From: Octopus vulgaris
Taxonomy: Eukaryota
Direction of reading: 5' to 3'
Length of the DNA: 64,000 nucleotides
Assembly: GCA_951406725.2 (NCBI GenBank)
Contig: OX597843.1
Location: 7,874,001 to 7,938,000 of the forward strand
The notes under the pieces were generated by a model, which ran no database searches, was not told the origin of the DNA, and worked only from the letters and a program-made list of their open reading frames with translations. Of the stretch, positions 26,516 to 44,515 are shown piece after piece. Every line of letters starts with the position of its first letter. The first letter of the stretch is position 1. The position numbers and the translations under genes were made by a program.

Positions 26516-27559
26516 TACTCTCTCTATGTGTCTGCCTGTGTAAAATATCTTTAGAAAAGTGTACAACTTACACACAAACACTCACAGCACACACATGCTC
26601 GTGTGTTTGTGTGTGCGTGCGTATACATACATACATACATATATACGCACTCATAACTATGCACATACATTTATATATGCATATATATATTTACACAGAT
26701 ACATGTATATATATATATATGTATGCATATATATATATACATATATACACACACAGATACACACATAGGTATATTCAATTATGTATATATATATATATAT
26801 GCATGTATATGTACATGTACCTATTCCTAACAGGACGTAATTATAAACTTTCAACGAAAAAAACTTATTTTCTTTTCTATTTTTTGTTATCAATCTCCTT
26901 TATAAAATAATGTTTATTCATACATGTTGTTATTTTTGCAATTGTTGTTGTTGTTGTTGTTTTTCTATTTACTGTTGTTGCGGCTGTTCTTGCAGCTGTT
27001 GTTGCCTATGTTGGTGTAACTTTTGTTCCCCTGAATTTTATTCTGGTTCTCTTTAATTTTTGAGTTGTTTACATTGGTGTTTTCTTATTCTCCGCTTGTT
27101 GCTAGTGTTATTTTCGCGGCGGCGTGGAGAAGATTCCACTATTTATTTTGAAAATATATACTTTGTGTGTGTGTGTGTATTTGTGAATCATGCATATATG
27201 TATGATGGTATATTTCAGTTTCGATATGTGGGCGGGCTTGTGTGTGTGTATTTTTGAGTGCCAGGGTGTATAATTTTGAGACTGTGCACATGATTATATA
27301 TACGTATGTATATATAGGTATAACTCAATTTATGTGTTAATGAATATTTTTATGTCTGTTTGTTGGAGTGTGTATGTAAGTGTGAGTATTTGTTTCATTT
27401 TTAATGTACATTTATGAATATGCTTATATATGTGTGTTCTCGTTTTATTGACCCCTTCGGTGCATATAAAATAATGTATGAATAAAATACTGCGGCCGAA
27501 GGCATGGATTTGATCCCTCTACCCAAAATTACTGGTCTTGTGCCCAATGCGGAAAAAAT

Positions 27560-27850
27560 TGTTATTTTTATTCTCTCTTTATCACGGGTTTTCTGGAGCT
27601 CCTGGAGTCTTGCATGCGTAACGGACTTGCTACCTGCAGCCTATGGTACCATGATATTCGTTCTTTTCAGCTATCCAATACTTTCCTGTTTAATCTCGCC
27701 GTGCCAAGGAGGCAAACCTTTTGTAACAGTTCTACTGGGCACTTTATCCCAATTCCCCTTGGTGCCTTCTGATACTGTTCCCAAGGACCCAACAATAAAT
27801 GGCATTATCTTCATCTTCTTCATTTTCTACAGCGGGCTATTTCTTACTTA
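27560..27850 (-). mobile_element. R4/Dong-like LINE 3' fragment
   Basis: Minus-strand pieces IMPFIVGSLGTV and VELLQKVCLLGTARLNRKVLDS* match the C-terminus of RLE-type R4/Dong ORFs. Confidence 0.7.
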
Positions 27851-27879
27851 AGAGGGCTGTATCTGTCTATCTATCTATG

Positions 27880-28165
27880 ATGGCAAAGTTGGAGCCTTTG
27901 GCACTATACTGTGGCGCCCTGTTCTAGCATTAGAGGAACTCTCGATGCTAAAGTTTGGGAGAAGTACCTCTAGGATATTCCAGATGTATATTGTGGTATG
28001 TCCTTCCCGACTGCGCCCTAAGGAATAGCGTCTCAATCCCTTGAGTCTTTCCCTGTAGCTTATATGCTATACTTCTCAGGTCACTTGTGTATTTCATCCT
28101 GCTCCCATTGCAGGTGCATAGCGTCTTCAGGGTTCTGTATGACCTTTAACACTTTTTTATCATCT
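27880..28165 (-). mobile_element. CR1-group LINE ORF2 fragment
   Basis: The minus strand reads ISYRERLKGLRRYSLGRSREGHTTIYIWNILEVLLPNFSIESSSNARTGRHSIVPK, a decayed YxERLxxLxLxSLERRR motif. Confidence 0.75.
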
Positions 28166-28230
28166 GCATAAATTGTAATCGTGGCTCTGTGTGTGGGAGA
28201 GGGCATATCTGAGAGGGCCATTACGAACAG

Positions 28231-28322
<92 letters not shown>

Positions 28323-28409
28323 GTGTATATGTATATATGAATATATATATACATGTATATATATATGAATATATATATATACGTATATATGTATTTATGC
28401 ATATATATA

Positions 28410-28440
<31 letters not shown>

Positions 28441-29119
28441 ATATACATATATATATGTATATATATGTTATATACATATATAGTTATGAATACATATATA
28501 TGCGTCTGTGTATATATGAGTATTATATGTGCTTGCATATATATATATGCATATAAATACACACATATGTACATGTATATATATACATATATATATATAT
28601 GTATATATATATATATTTATGTATGTACAAATATAAACATATGTATATATATGTTCTTATATATATACATATTAATGTATATATATATGTACATATATAT
28701 ACATATAATTGTATGTATGTATGTATGTATGTATGTATGTATGTATGTATGTATGTATGTATGTATGTATGTATGTATGTATGTATGTATATACATTTTC
28801 ACATCATCTGTAATGGAATGTTTCAAAGACTAATTTCCAGCGAATTCCTAAGCAGTTGTTGTTAGGTTAGAAGTTGATATTCTGAGAGTAATGGCGAAAT
28901 AATAAGGAACTGAGGATTTGCCGAAAAGGATTCTTCAATCTCCGTGCCAAGAAAGGTGAGTGAGGCCAAACTGGAGCTCTGTACGTCCGTCTATCTTTGT
29001 ATGTTGGTATATTTATGTAAGAGAGAGAGAGAGAGATGAGTGTGTGTGTGTGTGTGCATGTATGCATATATCTATCTATCTATCTATCTATCTATAAATA
29101 TTATATATATGCTTTTATC

Positions 29120-29336
<217 letters not shown>

Positions 29337-29530
29337 TGATTGATTCTAGTTTCAGCTTATGAGCTGTGGCCATGCTGGGGCACCGATATAAGTATATATA
29401 CATATAAGTATATATACATATTTATGTATATACATTCATGCGCATTTATACATATGTAGGTGTATGTATATTATGAAAAGTTTTTACTGTTCTATATATA
29501 CATATATTTACACATGTATATCTATCTATC

Positions 29531-29563
<33 letters not shown>

Positions 29564-29595
29564 GTATATATACATTCACACGCGTGAGCACACAC

Positions 29596-29652
<57 letters not shown>

Positions 29653-30027
29653 AGTATATATAAACACATTTATACACAAGTAGATACACACATGTAGATG
29701 CGGAGACATAAACTCATATATATGCATGCATATACATACATATCTATACACAATATTCCTGTCTTTGTCAATATTTAATATTGAATCTACGGAACAATGT
29801 TTGGCTAGTTACGGCGAAAGAAGGAAATGGCAAAATGGAAGAAAAAACAAGAAAAAAAAAACGGTAAAAAGGGCGAAAAGAAATGTAAGTATTCGAAAAT
29901 ATAAAGAAGAGAGAATGTACCGTTTTTTTGCTAATTTTGTTGAATTTTTTGTTATTTCACAAATTCCTATTGGAGAAGATGAAACGAAAACATCCGGTGT
30001 GTCGTGCAAAAAACAACGATAAATATA

Positions 30028-30070
<43 letters not shown>

Positions 30071-30508
30071 AAGTCAGGGAGCCATATTTTCTTTGATATA
30101 TCAGATGTATTTTTCAAAAAAAATTAGCATCTGTATAGTTATTTGTGCTTTTTCCATCTCCTTCTCTCTCTCTCTCTATCTCACTCATTATACTGCCTTT
30201 TGTATATCTGATCTGTATGTATACTCGTATGTATACATATATGTATGTATGCTTCTATGTATGTATGTATGTATGTATGTATGTATGTATGTATGTATGT
30301 ATGTATGTATGTATGTATGTATGTATGTATGTATGTATGTATGTATGCATGTATGTATGTATCTACCTATCTATCTAAATTCATCTATATTTCTATGTTC
30401 AATGTTTATGCATATATATAGATACATATATATATGTATAAATATATATTTACAATTGTATATGCATATGTATATACATGTATGTGCCTATATATATATA
30501 TATGTAGG

Positions 30509-30629
<121 letters not shown>

Positions 30630-31013
30630 ACGTATGTACGTTTATGAATACATATATATATATATATATTTATAACAATCTATTTACATGTCTGTCTCTA
30701 TCTGCATAAGTTCTTATACATTACAGGTACAAGAAAATTTTACTTAGATTACACACACACACACATTCACTCACGAATAACAGACACACACTCACACACA
30801 CACACACACAAAAAAAAGACAATCACAAATACACCATGAGGGTGACTAAAGAGTCAGTAGAAAAACAAAAAAACTCACTCAAAAAAACAACAACTACTCA
30901 AAACAACACATGACGAAATATAAACACCCTGCGTTCTTTGAAATCTATTGGAACCAAACGAGAATTAAACATCCGCCTAATAATCTAAAATAACCATTCT
31001 TGATGTTATATAC

Positions 31014-31056
<43 letters not shown>

Positions 31057-31392
31057 TCTCCCGTTTTCCTTTACAAAAATATTCACCCCTGAAAGTATTT
31101 GTATATATATGCGTGTACATATATAAATGCATATATATATATATACACATATATATGCGTGTATATATACACAGACACAGGCACAAACACACGCACACAC
31201 ACACATATATATATATATACATGTTCTTATATTTTACATATGTGTGATGTGGCTTTGGGGGCCACCATGAAAGCGACATTTTTTAAATTTACGTGGTTAG
31301 ACGCCGTTTTTTTTGTCGTAATTTTTTTTCACAAGACGGAGATGAAATAACGTCCATGGTTTTTAACTTTGTATGATCATGTACACACATAC

Positions 31393-31423
<31 letters not shown>

Positions 31424-31455
31424 ACACATATACACACAGACACACACACACACAG

Positions 31456-31494
<39 letters not shown>

Positions 31495-31770
31495 GGAAAT
31501 GTATGGAATATCCTTTAATACAATTTCAATTTTTTGTCTTCCATATTCTCTATTGTAGCTGTTGTTGTTGTTGTTGTCGTTATTGTTGCGGTTTTCATAT
31601 CCGAGAACTTTTGTAGATACACAGACACACAGACGCACGCAGTGACAGATAGACAGACAGACAGACATGTGTCTAAATATGTATGTATGCTTAATTGTAT
31701 GTAGTGTGTGTAATATCTGTGTAATTTTTCAGTTGCGTGTATGTGTCTATATGTGTGTGTATGAATGAGT

Positions 31771-31814
<44 letters not shown>

Positions 31815-31816
<2 letters not shown>

Positions 31817-32066
31817 CACCGTGATCACCGTGACCGACCAGGCTATCAGATGTTGCTACACACCGCTGGTCACAATGCGCTTCACATTGTTTTAGCCTTC
31901 AAATGATGCCACCCCGCTGGCTAAGCGAGCAGGCCAACAGAAGAAAGAGGGATGAAAGAGTACAACAGGGATCGCCACTATCTCCTACCAGAGCCACGTG
32001 GAGCTTTTTAACATTTTTCGCTCAATAAACACTCACAATGCCCGGTCTGGGAATCGAAACCGCGAT
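31815..32066 (-). mobile_element. third SINE-like family (family C), truncated within its head
   Basis: The minus strand begins with B-box-like GGTTTCGATTCCC and ends in a short tandem tail (CACGGTGAT)2 before (TA)n. Confidence 0.55.
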
Positions 32067-32080
32067 ATATATATAAGTGC

Positions 32081-32245
32081 TACGCAGGAGTGGGTGTGTG
32101 GTAAGTAGCTTGCTTACCAACCACATGGTTCAGGGTTCAGTCCCACTGCGTGGCACCTTGGGCAAGTGTCTTCTACTATAGCCTCGGGCCGACCAAAGCC
32201 TTGTGAGTGGATTTGGTAGACGGAAACTGAAAGAAGCCCGTCGTA

Positions 32246-32344
<99 letters not shown>

Positions 32345-32578
32345 GTGTGTGTGTGTGTGTTTGTGTGTCTGTGTTTGTCCCCCTAGCATTGCTTGACAAC
32401 CGATGCTGGTGTGTTTACGTCCCCGTCACTTAGCGGTTCGGCAAAAGAGACCGATAGAATAAGTACTGGGCTTACAAAGAATAAGTCCCGGGGTCAATTT
32501 GCTCGACTAAAGGCGGTGATCCAGCATGGCCGCAGTCAAATGACTGAAACAAGTAAATGAGTAAAAGGGTAAAAAGAG
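32081..32578 (+). mobile_element. SINE family A, full length
   Basis: Matches the consensus. Antisense head fragments follow at 32579-32710. Confidence 0.9.
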
Positions 32579-32844
32579 CAGTGGGACCGAACCCAGAACA
32601 ATGTGGTTGGTAAGCAAACTACTTACCACACAGCCACTCCTGCGCCTGTGACCCAAAACCACTTGGTTGCCAAGTGAGCTTCTTAACCACACAACCTCAC
32701 CTGTGCCTCTGATTTTTTTTTTATTTGTTTGACCTTTGACTGCGGCCAAAATAATGGAAACACCGAGAACATTGCATCAAGATTTTGAAATATCTATGAA
32801 ACGATCAAAAGCTTGTTTTTTTATTTTTATTTTTTTAAAAAAAT

Positions 32845-33241
32845 TTATTTTACTTCTTTCAGTCATTTGACTGCGGCCATGCTGGAGTACCGCCTTTAAT
32901 CGAGCAACTCGACCCCAGGACTTATTCTTTTGTAAGCTCAGTACTTATTCTATCGGTCTCTTTTGCCGAACCGCTAAGTGACGGGGACGTAAACACACCA
33001 GCATCGGTTGTCAAGCAATGCTAGGGGACAAACACAGACACACAAACACATACACGGATATATATATATACATATATACGACAGGCTTCTTTCCGTTTCC
33101 GTCTACCAAATCCACTCACAAGGCTTTGGTCGGCCCGAGGCTATAGTAGAAGACACTTGCCCAAGGTGCCACGCAGTGGGATTGAACCCGGAACCATGTG
33201 GTTGGTAAGCAAGCTACTTACCACACAATCACTCCTGCGCT
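32845..33241 (-). mobile_element. SINE family A, full length, antisense
   Basis: Reverse complement of the consensus, tail-to-tail with 32081-32578. Confidence 0.9.
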
Positions 33242-33353
33242 TGTTTAATTTAATTAATTAATTTATTTATTATTAGTGTTGCTTAATATGTTTTGCTAAA
33301 ACTGCTGTTTCTTTTCTGATATCACCAGAAAAAGGTGATTAAAATTCGTTAAA

Positions 33354-34265
33354 ATGTCAGATCCATTGGATTTTCACAGAGGTCAAATTGTTGGTGCTCG
33401 TATGGCAGATGCTAGCGTAATATAAACAGTCGAAATGTTTGGTGTATGAAGGGGTACTGTCTCGAAAGTAATGACGGTCTTTGAGAAAGAAGGAAAAACC
33501 TCCTTGTCAGAACAAAACTCCAGAAGAAAACCAAAACTTTCAGATAGGGATTGTGGGACTCTTATATACGAATTGTTAGAAAGGATCACAAAAGTACAGA
33601 ATTTCGCGGCTGCAATCATAAAACCACTACTTTCAAAAACAAACATTACAAAGCGTTTAGAGTGGAGTAAAAACCTACAGAATTGGTCCCTGCGGCAGAG
33701 GAAGAATGTTATTTTCTCGGACGAGTCATCTTTTACCCTATTTCTGACCCCGCATTTGATCCAGAATGCCTTCTTCCAACTGTTAAACATGGAGGAGGAT
33801 CTGTCATGATCTGGGTGGGGGGCTACATCTTGCAAATCCGCCAGCCCAATGGCTTCCCTTCATGGCAGAATTAATAATCAAGACTCTTTAAGCATTTTTT
33901 CAGATCAAATTCATCCTATGGTTGCGGAACGGTTTACGGAGGGAAACGCAATCTTTCAGGATCATAATGTACCAATTCACACAGCTAAAGTTGTTACTGA
34001 ATGGCACGAGGAACATTCTAGTGAAGTTGAACATCTTATCTGGCCACTACAGTCCCCAGATCTCAATATTATTAAACAGTTATGGTGCATTTTAGAAAAA
34101 CAAGGAGTTGATATCCTCCACCCTCATCACTACAAGAACTGGAGACTGTTTTAGCTGAAGAATGAACAAGAATCCCTTTGGAAATAATTCAAACCTTGTA
34201 CAAGTTCATACCTCATAGAATTCGAGCTGTAATTATTGCCAAAGGTGATCCTACCCCCATATTAA
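33354..34265 (+). pseudogene. Tc1 (DD34E-type) transposase pseudogene
   Basis: MSDPLDFHRGQIVGARMA...VIFSDES...PTVKHGGGSVMIW...IFQDHN..IHTA...WPLQSPDLNII, with stops, frameshifts and internal deletions. Confidence 0.88.
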
Positions 34266-34296
34266 AATAAATTTGTTTGAAAGCGATCCTTAGACA

Positions 34297-34735
34297 GGGG
34301 AAAATACAATCTTTCAGGATGATAATGTACCAATTCACACAACTAAAGTTGTTACTGAATGGCACGAGGAACATTCTAGTGAAGTTGAACATCTTATCTT
34401 CTGGCCACCACAATCCCCAGATCTCAATATTATTGAACATTTATAGTGCATTTTAGAAAACCAAGTAAGGAGTCGATATCCTCCACCATCATCACTACAA
34501 GAACTGGAGACTGTTTTAACTGAAGAATGGAGAAAGTTTCTTTGGAAACAATTCAAACTTTGTACGAGTCTGTGCCACGTAGAATTCAAGCTGCAATTAC
34601 TGCCAAAGGCGGTCCTACCCCATATTAAGATAAATTTCAGATAGGGACTGTGGGATTCTTATACGAATTGTGAGAAAGGATCACAAAAGTACAGATACTA
34701 GCATTTCTGCAGAGCTCAATGACCACCTCGAGAAT
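34297..34735 (+). pseudogene. additional Tc1 fragments (C-terminal 34297-34628; internal 34636-34735)
   Basis: A second copy of FQDDN...WPPQSPDLNIIEH...GGPTPY*, followed by a repeat of the LSDRD segment. Confidence 0.82.
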
Positions 34736-34839
34736 ATTAAAGTAAATCTCGGAGCTAACCAACCGCAATAAATATTAATAGTCAATACTACTGCTGTATA
34801 TCTTCTTTAGAAAGATTTAGAAATTATAACATTTCTATT

Positions 34840-34955
<116 letters not shown>

Positions 34956-35136
34956 ACAACTTATAAACAAGGGCAAAAGAAAAAAATTCTAATGCCAAAT
35001 ATGCCGAAAGTAGACACATCGTCAATAACCATATAATTCATCACTATATAATATATATATATATATATATATAAAATTGAGATTCAGTAAATATTATTAA
35101 TACACGAATATAAGAGAGAATCCACATATATATATA

Positions 35137-35285
<149 letters not shown>

Positions 35286-35295
35286 TAATATAATA

Positions 35296-35580
35296 CAAGG
35301 TAGAAAATGCTAAAATAATTATTTATTGAAGTACATTTCCATACTGGTTTCCGTCTTTTAGTCTTTTCTAACTAAGAGTAAAATGAGAAAAACAATTAAA
35401 TTGGAGAAAAGAAAAATTAAGTGAAATGTTTTGTAAATATTTCCATAATCTTTAAATAGATAAATATTTCCATAGTCTGCGGATCGTCTGTCTCCCTCAC
35501 TCTATTCCTTTGTGAATGCCTTCATCAGATGCCAGCTGTCTTTCTACTCCTCATTTCGAGCATTGAACGAAAATATGATT
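35296..35580 (-). mobile_element. diverged pLTR-like unit related to 24973-25414 and 45200-45410, carrying a GAAA...CTGATGA motif
   Basis: Degenerate TAGAAAA-GACT...GAAA-CCAG-TA near 35341-35372(-), and AATGCTC-GAAA-TGAGG...CTGATGA-AGGCATT at about 35564-35515(-). Confidence 0.5.
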
Positions 35581-35711
35581 CTTCGAATGTATGTATGAGT
35601 GTATGAAATAAAAAGGGTAACGACTACATGGAAGATAAATATTTTGTCAACAAAATCCAACAACGCTAGTTTCTTCAATCATACACCGAAATAGAAATAC
35701 GCACGACACAC

Positions 35712-37872
<2,161 letters not shown>

Positions 37873-37933
37873 CTGGAATATCGGGACTCAGTTATGGTGC
37901 TTCGGGGCCACCGTAGAAAGAATACTTAACGTG

Positions 37934-38501
<568 letters not shown>

Positions 38502-38851
38502 TATATATATATATTAAATATATTATATATATATATATATAGATAGATAGATAGATATGTATATATATATTATATATGTTATGTACAAGAACGTTTCATA
38601 GAATCATAATTTGTCTGTCCATAATTTTCTTATGACATTCTCCAACGTCACGACCACAACTAGCACCAACATCAATAAGGACAACAACATCAGCAACGTC
38701 AACTGATACAACAACGAGAAATTCATTAAAAAGAAGCGCTGAAACATATTCGCTTTTTTAAATTACATACGAAATAAAAATGGCGTAAAAATGTGACGTT
38801 ACGAAAAAATGCTGAGAAATATTGCTTGTGCGTGGATCTATCTATCTATCG

Positions 38852-38888
<37 letters not shown>

Positions 38889-39217
38889 CATACACACAGT
38901 CATATATAAATATATATGTATATGTATATATATATATGTATATATATATTTATTTGTAAAAAATGAAGTTCGAAAATGCTGCTGTATTATACAATTTTTA
39001 ATTTTTATATATATACATTATAACATGTTTCAGTTCCTGAAATGAACTTTATCAAAAAAAGTTATATATATATATATCGATATATACACATATAATATGT
39101 AACTACAATAGTAAATTTATTAAAATAATAATTCATACCATTGGATAGCATTCGTAATAATAGTCAGAAGACATAAATATGCTTATAATATTAAAGTGTA
39201 TAAAAATTATATACATA

Positions 39218-39299
<82 letters not shown>

Positions 39300-39516
39300 C
39301 TATATATATATATATATATGTAAACGTGTATGTGTGTGTATATGTATCTGTGTGTCTGTATATATGTATATATATATCTTTGTGTGTGTGTATATATATA
39401 TGTATATATATATTTGTATATATATTTATTTGAGCATATATGTATATAATTATGTGTATATATACATATATATGTCTCTATGTGTGAGTATATATTTTTG
39501 TTTGTGCACCTATATC

Positions 39517-39593
<77 letters not shown>

Positions 39594-39662
39594 GTATATA
39601 TATATATATATATATATATTTTGTGTGTGTGTGTGTGTCAACGTATCTATTTACAGATTCAC

Positions 39663-39733
<71 letters not shown>

Positions 39734-40028
39734 CATATATATATGTATTGATGTATGTATAGGAATATATAGACAGAGGTTCGTGAGAAAAGCTTTATTA
39801 TGAAGAAATTGGTTGATCGGGGGAAAAAAATGAGAGAAAAACCAAGGAATTCCTAAATTAACAAAAAACTGAAGAAAATAATTTTATTGATAGGTACACA
39901 GGAGATAGAAAGACTGGTGTGTGTGTATTTGAGTTCAATTCTGTGTGTATGTTCGCATTTACGTTTGTATGTGCTGTGTGAGCTTGTGCCTGTGATCTTT
40001 CCCTATTTATTTATATATTTATGATGTA

Positions 40029-40036
<8 letters not shown>

Positions 40037-40064
<28 letters not shown>

Positions 40065-40270
40065 TGTATGTATGTATGTATGTATGTATGTATGTATGTA
40101 TGTATGTATGTATGTATGTATGTATGTATGTATGCATGCATGCATGTATGTATGTATGTATGTATGTATGTATGTATGTGTGTGTGTATGTATGTATGTA
40201 TGTATGTATGTATGTATGTATGTATGTATGTATGTATGTGTGTATGTATGTGTGTATGTATGTATGTATG

Positions 40271-40304
<34 letters not shown>

Positions 40305-40640
40305 TGTATGTATGTATGTGTGTGTGTATGTATACATGTATGTATGTATGTATGTATGTATGTATGTATGTATGTATGTATGTATGTATGTGTGTATGTA
40401 TGTATGTATGTATGTGTGTATGTATGTATGTATGTGTATATGTATCTATGTATGTATGTACGTATGTATGTATGTATGTATGTGTGTATGTATGTGTGTA
40501 TGTATGTGTGTGTGTATGTGTGTATGTATGTATGTATGTATGTATGTATGTATGAATGTATGTATGTATGTATGTATGAATGTATGTATGTATGTATGTA
40601 TGTATGTATGTATGTATGTATGTATGTATGTATGTATGTA
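40037..40640. repeat. (TATG)n array, about 600 bp
   Basis: Direct reading. Confidence 0.95.
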
Positions 40641-40749
40641 TCTATTTATCTGTTTGTCTGTCTGTCTTTCTGTCTATCTCTCTCTCTTACTCTTTTATTT
40701 GTTTCACTCATTTGACTGCGGCCATGCTGGAGCACCGCCTCAGTTTCAT

Positions 40750-40830
40750 TATGGCATCTGATGTGACTTTTTAAACCAGACAATGTTCTGAAAAGACACT
40801 CACATAGATTGCACCTCCGATTTGGACCAC
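40750..40830 (-). mobile_element. possible RTE-type LINE 3' end (C2H2 finger) next to a SINE A tail (40685-40742)
   Basis: The minus strand encodes CNLCECLFRTLSGLKSHIRCH (Cx2Cx12Hx3H), as at RTE ORF C-termini. Confidence 0.45.
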
Positions 40831-41110
40831 CAAGAGCAGCAGAAACAGACCAAAAGTTCTGCTGCTCTCTGTCGTTCTGTCGTCTCCCCCATACCAATTA
40901 AGCCATGACGAGAATTAACTCATCCCAGGGAGCAATCAGTAAAAAACTAAAAGGCGTGACTTATCCTCTGGATGAGACGCCTTCGAAACATTGAAACCCT
41001 ATTTGGATCTTTTCGCTTTGACCGGCAGTTTTTTAAAATAATTTCCACGTAACTAAACACTTTTAAACTTCGTATACTGGTAGAATGTGTCGAAATAAAA
41101 CATTTTTTTT

Positions 41111-41251
41111 CCCCCGTTACTTAGCGGTTCGGCAAAATAGACCGATAGAATAAGTACTGGGCTTAGAAAAAGAATAAATCCCGGGGTCGAGTTGCTCGAT
41201 TAAAGGCGGTGCTCCAGCATGGCCGCAGTCAAATGACTGAAACAAGTAAAA
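41111..41251 (+). mobile_element. 5'-truncated SINE A
   Basis: 3' half of the consensus, flanked by about 60-bp direct repeats. Confidence 0.88.
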
Positions 41252-41473
41252 CTGTAACTAAACACTTTTAAACTTCTTATACTGGTAGAATGTGTTTATA
41301 AAACATCTTTTTCTCTTGGCTTTATTTAGAAAATTCTATAGTTTGTAAGATATTTGTTGCTTTTTTCTTTCAATTTCTGCAATTTCAACCAATCACTGAC
41401 GTCCATTGAGGTAAACAACATTCTGTGCCGCATGAATATGTCCCGCGTTTAAGAAACAGTTGGGTTTATTTAC

Positions 41474-41733
41474 ATTTCAATATTCTCCCAAAGAGTCTGA
41501 GGAACTTGCACAAAGTAGATGTAGCGGTTTTTAAATCAAAGCTGGACATCTTCCTGTCAAGAGTCCCAGATGAACCTACCTCACGGCAAGATGTGCAAAT
41601 GAGAGTAGCTGTATCAAACTCCATTCTTCACCGAGTGCCACATATTAGACGAGGTTCGTCGTAATAACAGTGTAGCACAAAACGGCGGTGCATCAGCATG
41701 GCCGCAGCTCTGAGCTGAAACAAGAAAAAAAAA
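41474..41733 (+). mobile_element. CR1-group LINE 3' fragment
   Basis: FNILPKSLRNLHKVDVAVFKSKLDIFLSRVPDEPT... plus tail. Nearly identical to 25441-25700. Confidence 0.85.
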
Positions 41734-41879
41734 TTGTGAAGAAAAAAGATACCCTTCCCCCCACCCCTAACCCTAAAACAGATTGAAATGCAATAGATCG
41801 ATACTAGGGTCATAATTATGGGTGACAATTTCATATGACACCGCTAGAAAAAACTGCCGTTCAAACCGAAAAGATCCCC

Positions 41880-42030
41880 CTTTCAGTTTCCGTCTACCAA
41901 ATTCACTCAGAAGGCTTTGGTGAGCCCAAGGCTATAATAGAAGACACTTGCCCAAGGTAACACGCAGTGGGAATGAACCCGGAACCAAGTGGTTGGTAAG
42001 CAAGCTACTTGCCACACAGCCACTACTGCG
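41880..42030 (-). mobile_element. SINE A head, antisense
   Basis: Reverse complement of the head. Confidence 0.8.
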
Positions 42031-42056
42031 GCTTTGTATATCTATCTATCTATCTG

Positions 42057-42162
<106 letters not shown>

Positions 42163-42367
42163 TATTTGTGTGTGTATGTTATATACACATAAAAAAAACA
42201 TACATACATTCATATACATACATACATTCCTATATATATATATATATACATATATATATGCATATACATATACATGCCTACATAAAGTCATATATATATA
42301 TATAAATACATGCATATATATATATATATGTATATATAAATACATACATACAAATATATATAAATAC

Positions 42368-42419
<52 letters not shown>

Positions 42420-42573
42420 TACACATAGATAGTTTTCAACGTTTTCTTTGAGGATATTAAGAACATAAAATGCTCGTATATATAGTGTCCCTGTCAGACA
42501 AGGTTCACTTCTATGTCAGCGCTTTTTTGCAAGGTATTCTTCACTTATTTCTTAATAATGTCATCGTACGTAC

Positions 42574-42637
<64 letters not shown>

Positions 42638-42839
42638 TTTTCGCGCAGCTTTTCTAATTTGTCTTAAAGATTGGACATTAGTGAGTGAGTGTGTGTGTGT
42701 GTGGGTGCCCCGAGTGTGTATATCTGGGTTTGTGTATGTTGGAAAAGGTGACAGAACTTCAACGAAATGTGACCGCCTCTATCGCTTCTGTATGAATGAC
42801 TTTCAGTCTCTCTGTCTGTCTGTTGACCTATCTATCTGT

Positions 42840-42947
<108 letters not shown>

Positions 42948-43270
42948 ACACATCTCTGTCTGTCTTACTGTCTTACTGTCTGTTTACACACATAGATAGA
43001 CATACTTACACACATACAGAGACATAAGCACTTATACCATAAGAATTACTATATTCATATAAATGTATATAAATGTATAAATGTATTCATATAAATTTAT
43101 ATATATATATATATGTATAAAGTATGTAAATCTATAAGCACATATGTATATACATATACATATATATGCATGCGTACATGCACATATATACGTATATATA
43201 TATATATATACATAAAAGTATATTTATATATATATGTGTATATATATGTCTCTCTCTTTCTGTTTTTCTC

Positions 43271-43321
<51 letters not shown>

Positions 43322-43355
43322 TAAGATTAGTATAGAAATGCACATAAATTTGTAC

Positions 43356-43437
<82 letters not shown>

Positions 43438-43672
43438 GTCTGTATTTCAACGTTTACCCACCCACCCACCCACATACAGAAATGGAGAAAAAGATAGACC
43501 TTCATATAGATTTGGTCAAATTTCGTTGCAATTTTGTCATGTATGTATATATGTGTGTACACCCACACGTCCACCCCTATATCCCTAGCAACATACTTAA
43601 GTGACTGGCGACATATAATTGACGAGCTAACACGTCTCTCTGTCTTCATTAGTAATTGATAGCTAGTCTTCA

Positions 43673-44515
<843 letters not shown>

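Larger units (their letters stand above)
41005..41877. mobile_element. non-autonomous TIR DNA element (GG-terminal, MULE/Merlin-like) hosting nested SINE and LINE insertions
   Basis: 29-bp TIRs GGATCTTTTCGCTTTGACCGGCAGTTTTT / AAAAACTGCCGTTCAAACCGAAAAGATCC, and an internal CCCTAACCCTAA. Confidence 0.75.

Noticed and set aside
40945-40995. AAGGCGT...ACGCCTT-CGAAAC hairpin resembling an HHR stem II
   Set aside because: No CUGANGA-like core in the right position and no stem I or III.
41766-41777. CCCTAACCCTAA as an interstitial telomere
   Set aside because: Only two units, and internal to the TIR element.
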